A DNA stretch of 64,000 bases from NCBI RefSeq assembly GCF_006345805.1, contig NC_043017.1, forward strand, positions 29,760,001-29,824,000, given 5' to 3'. Source of the DNA: Octopus sinensis (Eukaryota). The notes under the pieces were generated by a model. That model saw only the letters and a list, made by a program, of their open reading frames with translations, did no database searches and was not told the DNA's origin. Shown here in pieces: positions 53,573 through 64,000 of this stretch. Position 1 is the stretch's first letter. The number at the start of each line of letters is the position of its first letter. A program made the position numbers and the translations under genes.

Positions 53573-54665
53573 CATATATATAATTATCTATCTATCTCAC
53601 TCTGTATATATATATATAATTATCTATCTATCTCTCTCTCTCTCTCTGTATATATATATATATATGTATAAACCAATATATACGTATATATATCTGCATG
53701 CAGACACACATTTATATACCAATAAAGACACTGAGAGAATGTTGTATATATATGTACAAACGTATTTTGTGTGTGTGTGTACATATATATGTATACAATA
53801 TATATTTTATTTATATATATTTACATATATACGTATGTTTGTACATTATATATACAGGGTAAGTGGGAGAGAGAAACATTGGATAGTTCAAGATGAAAGG
53901 AAAGAAGGAAAGAACCTCAAGAGACAGAGAACTAATGAGTATAATTGGCTCAAACTAGCGACTAATGATCAATAGTAAAAATTAATTAGTATTATAAATG
54001 AATTACGCATTTGTTTATGAAATTACTGATTTGATTTGTTAAAGTTAGTTATAAAAGTGAAGCATTCATTTTATTATTTTTCTTCTTAGATGATAAATTA
54101 TATTAAAATCTCCACCGTGAACCGATAACAGAAAGGAGAAAAACAAATTTCAAAGGACCTGATATTGAAAACAAATTAAAAGAAATAATAAATATGCGAT
54201 GTTGCTTTAGCATCAAAATTATATGCTCTATCTGATGGATGTTGGAAATGGTTTGCCGGATGCTGGTTAAAATCAGACAATCATAAGATGGAAGATAAAC
54301 CAAAATCGTTTTAGCCATCTCTCGCTCTTTCTGAACTACTACATCTATCTCTGTATACGCATCTACTCTGATTTCCACCGTTAAACGCGATTTTTTTCAC
54401 ATATCTCAAAGTTATTATTTTCTGAATTTTTCACTCACACACACACACACCACACACACACACACACAATGTAAGGTAATGTTCGTCCTCTAGCTAGATC
54501 GATTATACGGACTTATAGTTAAATGTATTGCACCTATTATCATGAAACTGGTTATTATTAAAGGGTGTTTTGTATGCTTAGGACGATTAGGTTTTTGTTC
54601 TGTTTAGGGTTTCTGTTTATATCTACAATATTAATTGACATGAAGGTAAAAATATACCCTCAAAA

Positions 54666-54739
54666 TCAAGTGACCTCTAAACCAAGCGACATCAAGTTCA
54701 AGCAACCACAAGATCAAGTGACCTCGAGTTCAAGTGACG
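54666..54739. repeat. Degenerate 16-bp minisatellite, 4.6 copies (tcaagtgacctcaagt-like)
   Basis: tcaagtgacctctaaa / ccaagcgacatcaagt / tcaagcaaccacaaga / tcaagtgacctcgagt / tcaagtgacg. Confidence 0.75.
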
Positions 54740-55048
54740 CTTTTTAGTTTGTAATATATGGTGAATTACCTCCATGTTAATTAGCATTAATGCTGATAAT
54801 TGTCTATGTGTTTGTAGCGGATAAATCAGCAATCGCCCGATATCACGATTCGCTAGTATAATGCCAACTTGATCAACAAAATCTGACTAATCACTTCTTT
54901 GTGTCGGATAGACTCCAGCAATTGTTTTACGTTCGTTTTGGTTCCTTTTCACCCTATCAACCAGTATAAATTCAGTACACCGTGAACACTAAACAGAGAG
55001 CTTTGTGATGCTGTAAAAACGGCTTTGACAGAGACTGTAGGAGTTGAC

Positions 55049-55276
55049 GGCGAGCTTGGCAGAAACGTTAGCACGCCGGGCGAAATGCTTAGCGGTATTT
55101 CGTCTGCCGTTACGTTGTGAGTTCAAATTCCGCCGAGGTCGACTTTGTCTTTCATCTTTTCGGGGTCGATAAATTAAGTACCAGTTACGCACTGGAGTCG
55201 ATGTAACTGATTTAATCCGTTTGTCTGCCCTTGTTTGTCTCCTCTATGTTTAGCCCCTTGTTGGTAATAAAGAAAC
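55049..55276 (+). mobile_element. SINE group D with 17-bp TSD
   Basis: Full body; agactgtaggagttgac (55032-55048) vs agactgtaggagtcgac (55277-55293). Confidence 0.93.
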
Positions 55277-55580
55277 AGACTGTAGGAGTCGACCAACAGA
55301 GAGAAAGAGCGGATAGCAGCTGATTACACAAAGGGAATGAGCAGTCTGAGGAGGGGCGACATTAGAAGCCTGTAGCCAGCAAGCAACTAGCCACATTTTA
55401 TCTGCTGCTACATCTACATACACCAAGTACAAAATCCCTCTCGATATTTTGTTGTTCGTGGTAACAATCTTCATTTTTTGCGTACGAAAAGAATAATTTG
55501 ATTTTTATCAAAATCTCGACAAACTCCGGACTTCCTTTACGTACATATTAATGTATGGACGTATATATGGATATATGCAT

Positions 55581-55884
55581 ATCACGTGATCACGTGACCG
55601 ACGAGACCATCAGATGTTGTTACACCTCGCTGGTCACAATGCGTTCGCATTGTTTTAGCCTTCGAATCAGGCCAACCCGAAGGCTAAGTGATCAGACCAA
55701 CAGAAGAAAGAGTGAGAGAAAAAGTGGTGAAAGAGTACAGCAGGGATCACCATCCCCTGCCGGAGCCTCGTGGATCTTTAAGGTGTTTTCGCTCAATAAA
55801 CACTCACAACACCCGGTCTGGGAATCGAAACCGCGATCCTACGACTGCGAGTCAGCTGCCCTAACCACTGGGCCATTGCGCCTC
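55581..55884 (-). mobile_element. tRNA-derived SINE, head A + tail 4
   Basis: Minus strand gaggcgcaatggcccagtggttagggcagc...ggtttcgattcccagaccggg; a distinct tail ending tcacgtgatcacgtgat. Confidence 0.88.
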
Positions 55885-57379
55885 AACATATATATGCATA
55901 TACGTATGCGTAAACAGATGTTTCTGAGACCGCTTGTGTGCGTTACACGAAATATTTATGAGTTGAACTCGCAATTAAGAGAACGGAGCTAGAGTTTGCT
56001 AGGTGTAACACTGAGCGAGGGAAATGTAGCGCAGAGTTACGTCAATTTTATATTTCAAAATTCATTTGTGTAGGCGTTTAATTAAATGAAAGCTAGAGCC
56101 ATTGAATTAGTCTTTTTTCCTCTTTCACACACAGAATAATTTCCCTTTGCGGATTCCTCTAAAAGTGCAACAACATGTAGAATACTCATCAAGGAAAACC
56201 GAAGTGAAATGAGTAAACACTGGAAATAACTATGTAAAACTATGTCAAAATTATGCGGAAAACAAATTAGGCGCCGCAGATAATAAATCATCTGCACAAA
56301 AATATCCAGCTTCCAGCTTTTAAAAACATTAAAACTAAAATAATAATGTTGTTAAAATATATGTTTGTATTTAAGCGATCTCAATATTGAATATGCACCC
56401 GCATTGGTTAAAAATAAACAAGTGAAAGATTATAGAATGCGTTCTTAATTAAGTATATCCTTCGATGTACGATATAGTCATTAGAATTTGTGTTACGTGA
56501 ACCTGTGTTAACCTTCGGTGAAAAATGAAATAATATAGCATTTGGATGATTTTACGCCCGGATGCATGATTTCATTGATCAGTGGAAACAAACGAACAGC
56601 GCTTAATTTGAGGAAGAAAATTGTTGTTTTTCTATCAAGAATTCTATCGCCCATCATATAATTCTAGACAGTTACAGACGGACATACAGTTAGCGTAGGA
56701 ATCCTAATCAGTAGAACGTTAGAGAAAAGGAGTTAATTTCTGGCGGCAAGGAAAATTAAGATATCTCATTATATATGTGTTTGTATGTGTGTGTGTGTCT
56801 GAGAGAGAGAGAGAGAGAGAGTGAGTGTTGAAGCCTTGGTAATTACGTCTTAATTAACATATGTCTTAGCTACTATTACAATTTTGTCTTTTCTTCATAT
56901 AGCATTCAGTGATTTGAAAATCAGTAAACGAAAGATTATAATTAAGTACAAGATACTACTAATGAGAAACAATAAAAGAGGCAAAGAATAAAAGAAAATC
57001 ACGTTACACTTTACTGGAAAACTAATTATCTTCGTATGAAATATAATAAATATTCGCTAGCTTACAAAAGAACCTTAATTTTCCCAGAAAATGACTTTTT
57101 CCTGCTGAAATGTCCGTAGATACCTATCAGTATGATTATCTTTATACAAGCAAATACATTTTGGTGAGAAGACTCGAAATGAGTAAACGGATACGCGCGC
57201 GCCCACACACAAACATATACATACATACATATAAAAACACTGCACGCACGTACGAATACGCTTATACACATACTACACAAACACACCCTCACCTACGTAT
57301 GTACTTATATATATATATTTATACATGTTCTCCCATATGTACGTGCGTGTACAAACATAACCATAAGTATATATATATA

Positions 57380-57496
57380 CACATGTAAATACCTATCTAT
57401 CCATGTATATAGCTATATAATATATATATATACGTGTGTGTATGTGTGTATATATATATATATATGTATGTAAGTATCCTTTATCCATGTATCTAG

Positions 57497-57541
<45 letters not shown>

Positions 57542-57572
57542 TATCTATCTATCCATGCATCTAGCTATATAT

Positions 57573-57620
<48 letters not shown>
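57380..57620. repeat. Three ~30-bp units (tatctatccatgtatctagctatata) separated by (TA)n
   Basis: Copies near 57390, 57473 and 57541. Confidence 0.75.
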
Positions 57621-57624
<4 letters not shown>

Positions 57625-59700
57625 CAGTGTATTATTAAAACCTGATAATGGTGAACTAAATACATGATTTATATCTCATTTCTCAGTAAAATTGAATTTG
57701 CACCAATGTCTCTAGCAGATCAACAGTTGCTAATCATATTTGGTGGAAATTTGAAGCGTCAGTCAACTTCGACTTAAAACGAACAAATGCTTTACCGTCT
57801 ACACATTTGCATGCAGAACATTTGTTGAAGCCGATGTGTTTCTTGATAGTGAATTTAATAGATTCATTCGTCTATTAAAGACTTAATAGGTGAGGAAGCA
57901 AAGTTTATGCCATGAAATATGTGGCACTCCCAATGTTTGGTAATTCAACAGGAAATTTAACTGCATCCTTCACTACTGATGAGTGTTTTCATATGGATGA
58001 GTGTTTTCATATGGAAAAGAATCATAGCATAGTCATTGAATTATTGATGATCATTCAAATGACCTAAAAATAAAGCGTCATGAAGAGTTCTCTTGGTGAA
58101 TGCAGACGATGAATTGAGAAATATAAAACTAAATTGTTGTATAGCGACACATTAAGAATTAAAGCTGACGAATGAAACCAGTGCTTTGCTCATGGAATTA
58201 AGTTCAGTTAAGGTTAGATCATCGTCGAGGCATAGAAGATGGATAAGCGAAAGCCCTACGAATATTTGGCTTCGGATGATACGAAGAGGAACAAAGTGAC
58301 TGACAAAATATTGCGTATAACAGGGAATAGGATTCACAAAACTAACATATATCTATTTAAAATAAACATGCTCCTTCATATATATATGTGTTTCAATGTA
58401 AGAGTTCTGAAATCCTTTTACTAATAAGCAGTTGCTATCTAATAACCTATAAGGTGAAGGTGATGGTTCTGCAATTTTGCATAACTATTACACAATGCTC
58501 TATCATGTCAATTAGTATTGATTAAAGATATATGTTTCTTCACACCAAGACTAGAAAGCCAGTATTTGTTACGTAATTAGTACACGTCCTTTAAGGGATG
58601 TTAAAACTAACTCTGTTATTAGTGGCTAACATGAAAGACGTTAGTAGCAGACACTTGAACAGGTCTTGGATATGTGACAGTACTAGGAATATGTATGGGG
58701 TTTCTTTCTATAGTTTAATTCATTTCACTCCCAAATACGGGGCAACATCGAGTATAATGTTTCTTCGTGATATATATTTATATATATATATATATATCAG
58801 TTACATTTTCTTAACATTTCACATATTACACGTTTTAAAATAAAATTCAAAGCATTGCTCGTATTTGAAACTTGCTTCATGAGGAGCTGTACATCTAAAA
58901 CGTAGTACTATAAGTGGCAGAAGTAACAAATGTTTGTCATCATCCATCAGCTCAATATGATCTTCCTACCTGTGATGTCTGCACTACACGAGAATTTCGG
59001 TATTACAACACAAAAAGATTCACACTTTGTGTCCAAAAGCAAAATTTGTCGATGACGCATTGGTTAAATATCTACAATATGTCTCCGGTTCGCATCAGCC
59101 ATACAACAAAATAAATAAATCTATACTTTGAAAATAGGCATGTTCCTCAGATTTTATCCTTGCTAGACAACATAGTACAGATTAAGATTTTAAAAAAGGA
59201 TAGCTGAAAATTCTGAACCTCACTTGCAGTTCTACCAGCATGATTTGTGCTCTAATTCATCATGCTGCCAACATATTCACAGTTTCAATAGCTTAGGATC
59301 CGCAAGATTCTTCTCAAGGTGGGAGTGATAGAGAACAACACTTCTATCGTGGTTGTGGCCTGACATGTCAAATCTCAATAAATTTTCTTCCATAAATGTT
59401 TGAAATTAATTGTCATTGTGCATGGCAATATAAAAGTTACCAACATATGCACATGCCGTCATGTACCAAATTTGCGGAAGTGTCTGACTGACATCGACTA
59501 ACTTACCAACTGCAGATATAGATATATAAACAAATAGCACCTGAGCAGGTGTATCAGTCTTTTCCATCATCACCTTCACCACAATCTCAAAAAACACATT
59601 ATATGCAATGGTATATAATTCACAGCATATATTCGACTATCTCTCTAGTTTCTTAAAAACTAAAAATACGTACACATATTCATATATCCTTGACTGACTA

Positions 59701-60019
59701 CCGCCGTGTTACGACGACGAGGGTCCCAGCTGATTACGATCAACGGAAGAGCTTGCTCGTGAAATTAACGTGCAAATGGGCTGAGCATTCCACAGACATG
59801 TGTACCCTTAACGTAGTTATCAGGGATAATCAGCGTGACACAGAGAGAGTGACAAGGCTGACCCTTTGAAATACAAGTACAACTCATTTTGCCAGCTGAG
59901 TGGATGGAGCAACGTGAATAAAGTTGGTCTTGCTCAGGACACAAACGCGTCGCCGGGAATCGAACTCACAACCTTACGATCATGAGCCGAATGCCCTAAC
60001 CACTAAGCCACGCGCCCCA
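59701..60019 (-). mobile_element. tRNA-derived SINE, head B + tail 1
   Basis: accactaagccacgcgccccc head, tcttgctcaggacac core; tail tgtacccttaacgtagtt...gtgacaaggctgaccctttgaaatac as in 15719. Confidence 0.88.
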
Positions 60020-60619
60020 CCATATTCATATATAAATGTATGTGTAAGACCTATCTGTAAAATTTATCATTATTTTGCAAACAGCAGATTTCGTGTCTAA
60101 AATTACGAAATGCTAAATTTGCTTTACAGAAAATGTTGTCGGTGATATAATATATTGGATACTTTTAGTTAGTTCCATACCACAGTTTCACGCATGAATC
60201 CAGAATGTGGATACGACTTTCCTTAGCGTGCGTCTTTCGTGCTGGTTGTAATTTGGTTTACTTCAAAAAACTACAATGAAGTCTACTCAAAATTGGTGTC
60301 TCCAAATTCTTGCATCTTTAATTGGTGCACAAATATTTATAGCCATTGAATATGTATGTGAGAGTGGATATTTTTCAATGTGCTTAGTAACTGCTTCTAA
60401 TAAACATGAATCAAGTTTCAAGTAGATATCAGAGCAAATTTTTCTTTTTATATAGGCATATATTTAAATTTATCCCAGCTCTGCATTTGCGAGTGGGTAA
60501 GAGCTTACATAAGCATGTGTGTGTGTGTGTGTGTCTTATATTTTACATGTTTATTTCATCGAATAAGTTGAAAAGATGAAGTGAGATTGGAATGGAATGA
60601 GCAGAAAGTTCGTGGACGT

Positions 60620-60657
60620 ATATTTAGATAGGTAGGTAGAGAGACGGTCAGGCAGGC

Positions 60658-60727
<70 letters not shown>

Positions 60728-60799
60728 GAGATAGACAGAGATACAAATCCATAGATGGATGGATACATAGATATATATATATATAATATATATATATAT

Positions 60800-60842
<43 letters not shown>

Positions 60843-61100
60843 GGACAGACAAATAGACAGACAGAGAGAGACACACACACACAGACAGACAGACTGACAG
60901 ATAGATAGATAGATAGAAAGAGACATAGATAGACGGATAGATAGAGAAATAGATAGATAGATAGAAAGAGAGACGGATAGATAGATAGACAGATATATAG
61001 ACAGAGAAAGAGAGCTTGATAGACAGGTAGATAGATAGACATAGATATATAGATGGACAGACAGACACGAATAGATAGAACTAGACAGATAGAGTATATA
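60620..61100. repeat. (GA)n/(GATA)n/(GACA)n compound repeat
   Basis: Direct reading. Confidence 0.9.
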
Positions 61101-61606
61101 TACAAATACATTTTGCTTAATCTGAGATTTAAAAATGAAGCAACTTCAGTGATTCACACCCACAGACACACACACTTATATATCTGTGTGTCTGTTTGTA
61201 TGAATATATATATGTATGAGTGTGTGCATATATGTGTATGACAGGCAGAGATACAGAGAGAAATATAGAGAGAAAAAAAGAATGATTGAGCGAAGTGGGG
61301 ACAGGAATGGGAGCGAGGAATACCAATTGATAGTAATGTGTAAATAAATGAAAGACAGGAATAATTTTTCTCATACTTGTTCTGCAAAAAAATAAAGAAA
61401 AAACAGAAACAGAAACGTACAGTGGTGCTTCAATGAAGATAAAAATAACTCACGTTATAGCAATGAAACATTATATCTCTAGGACGTCTCTATAATTACT
61501 TACATCTACCCCTGGCCACAATAACGTAGTGTACTTACCTGCAAAAGAATAAGAAAAATCGTTAAAGTCATTTTCATAACAAGAACAAAACAAGAGCAGC
61601 AGCAAT

Positions 61607-61637
<31 letters not shown>

Positions 61638-62706
61638 GAATAATAATAATGATAGGAAAAGAATAAAAGATAATAGTATTGTTCATCATCATCAGTATTT
61701 ATATTGCATTATTATTTATTCTTGAAGATATAAAATAACACAAATTTGAATATATCTTTTAACGAAATGTCACATTTTGAATGTTTATTTATAGTAACGC
61801 TCGAAAAATTTTCTGTTTAGTATTCATAATGTACTGTGAGGGGGGAAAATACAGTTATCCTATTATGTGTGATATTATCTGTACATCGCTAGTAGCTTTG
61901 CCCCAAGCAACGAAATATTCTTCTTTTTTTTGGGGGGGGGGGGTTATATTTAGTGTTTATTGTTTACATTAATAATTCATGACATTAGTAAAAAAATAAA
62001 AGGAGGTTTTCGTGCTTATAGAATATTCTAGAGCAATAATCTATAAGTTTTTTTTAAATATTTTTATTTTACATCTGTTGTACGGAGCGCCGTTTTAGAA
62101 AAACTATAAAAATCGGCGCCACATTTATAAGTGTGTAGGTCGCTGATCCTCCGCTGAAATGTATATTTGGAACAAAACTGCGATTAAGACGCATGAGTAT
62201 TGCCGAATTTGAATTGTGGTTGATTTATTCTAAGATAAAAAAAAAATACTCATAATGCGATGTAAAATAATACAAGATGAAGAAAAGTCTGAAAACTATC
62301 ACATCCATAATGGTTTCAACAACAATTTGATCGTTAGATACAGATAAAGTATATTTTCATACGAAATATATTTGCTGTATACCATCATTAAACTATGGGA
62401 CATATATTTAAGTGGATGATATAACATTCTCATTGCTTCAAATGAGAATATAATTAATTACAATGAAACCGGAAATAAAGTAACTAAATTAATTAGCATT
62501 GAGTTTGCCATCTAAGATGAAAAGGACCGGAAATGAATTAGTATTAAGAAGTTGAATGTGAAAATATTAAAATACTATTAATTCATTTGCGAATGATTTT
62601 AGTAAACACAAGGAACTTTAAAATAGCTGATTTATTCTAATTTTTCCTGATCTACTTTGTGGAATATATCATTACCTAGTAATATTTATCTAAATGGGTA
62701 AATAGG

Positions 62707-62745
<39 letters not shown>

Positions 62746-62748
<3 letters not shown>

Positions 62749-62956
62749 GTATATAAGTTAATCCAAACATGAAAACACAAAGAGAAAACACAACAACGCG
62801 AGGAGTGTGGAACAAATATAGTATTATTGGACACCCAGGAAGGAAGGGAAGAAGGAGGGTTTTACGTTTCGAGCGGAGCTCTTCATCAGAAACATAGATC
62901 CAGAGGAGGGAAGACAGAGAGGAAAAAAATCGCCAACGGTACACACGAGGTCACAT
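62746..62956 (-). mobile_element. PLE-like terminal fragment whose 3' end abuts (TA)n
   Basis: Carries the hammerhead at 62859-62893; related decayed copy at 27734-27885. Confidence 0.6.
62859..62893 (-). ncRNA. Minimal type-I hammerhead ribozyme (PLE type)
   Basis: GUUU-CUGAUGA-a-GAGC ucc GCUC-GAAACGUA-AAAC: intact CUGAUGA and GAAA core, 4-bp stems I and II, palindromic ACGU stem III, GUA triplet. Confidence 0.75.
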
Positions 62957-63494
62957 TATATGATAAATTAATTAAAAATACACAATACACATTATGTAGG
63001 GGGCATCACCACTCTTTATATAAATTTTGAAATGCAAATATGTGAATGAAAATTAAGTTCAGACCTCTACGTGGTAGCTACACCTGGTAGCAAGAGCTGT
63101 CAAATCTCCCTCAAAACACCCTACTGTCTTAATCCGACAATTCTGCCTATTATGTAGTTTTAATGAGAAATTCTAACTAAAGATTAAGATTGCAAAGAGG
63201 GGAAAAAAGAGAGAAAGCAAGCGAAAGATTTGGCTGACTGTCATCCTATAATCCCCTTGTTGCAAGCGAAATGCTATATACCGGCTGTGTGAGTAACTGG
63301 TTGTTTTAACGGCGGAACAAACAGGGGAATCCCATTACAAAATGTTTTAATCGATTGTCTCTGTAAGTATGGGGGTTAAGGAAAAAATACAAGCCGCATT
63401 CCAATCTATGCACCCGTCTCCACATGTGTGTCATTTTCACGCGAACCCATCTAACCGTTTGACTGTGAATCTCAAGACGATCAAGAATACAACG

Positions 63495-63526
<32 letters not shown>

Positions 63527-63534
63527 CTCTTTAT

Positions 63535-63665
63535 TCTTTTACTTGTTTCAGTCATGTGAATGTGGCCATGCTGAAGCACCGCCTTTAGTCGAGCAAATCG
63601 ACCCCAGGACTTATTTTTATAAGCCTAGTACTTATTCTATCAGTCTCTTTTGCCGAGCCGCTAAG
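63535..63665 (-). mobile_element. SINE group E, 3' fragment
   Basis: ttttacttgtttcagtcat...ggccatgctgaagcaccgcctttagtcgagcaaatcgacccc. Confidence 0.85.
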
Positions 63666-64000
63666 TTATATATATATACATATATATATTATATATATAT
63701 ATATATATCATTACAGCAAAATCATATATATATATATGCATATATGTATGTGTGTAAATTCGAAACCCTAAAAGTATAATAAATATGTGCTTATTCATTC
63801 TTGTTTTTTTCAGGAAACAAACGCTCACACACGTACACACACACACACACAAACAAACACACATGTATACGAAAGCTGGTTCACTGAAAGGCGGAAACAT
63901 TACTGAGCCATCATACAGTATCTCGTTCTCAGTTTTGGGAGTAGATCGTCAAATGATAAGACATTCTATAGTACCAAATGCTTTTACTCCATATCAGTCG

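Noticed and set aside
58161-58187. aaag-CUGACGA-au-GAAACCAGUG-cuuu
   Set aside because: No stem II and G at position 17 (non-cleavable); chance or a dead relic.
59480-59600. Minus-strand frame IVVKVMMEK...ISAV ending at a G|GTAAGT donor-like site
   Set aside because: No convincing acceptor, no recognisable protein, no neighbouring exons to support a gene.

Overview
AT-rich, repeat-saturated eukaryotic non-coding DNA. The repeat families and the abundance of (TA)n/(CA)n tracts look like an octopus (coleoid cephalopod) genome; this is inferred from recalled repeat families, not proven here. I cannot support any host protein-coding gene: nearly all long ORFs are microsatellite or SINE read-throughs. 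The window holds many tRNA-derived SINEs (three recurring groups), two RTE-clade LINE 3' remnants, a decayed mariner transposase, a non-autonomous Helitron, several MITE/foldback elements and many micro/minisatellites. The most notable signal is a set of minimal type-I hammerhead ribozyme motifs of the Penelope-like-element (PLE)/retrozyme kind, from at least three unrelated sequence families. Most sit in fragments whose 3' ends abut (TA)n. They include a tandem pair with a 467-bp period nested inside a SINE (42842-43731), a head-to-head palindromic pair (24961-25134) and a near-canonical single copy (62859-62893). A signal-peptide plus Asp-rich ORF with repeated EGSG motifs lies in a (GAT)n field; it is probably a repeat artefact but is testable. 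Element boundaries were read by eye and may be off by a few bases.
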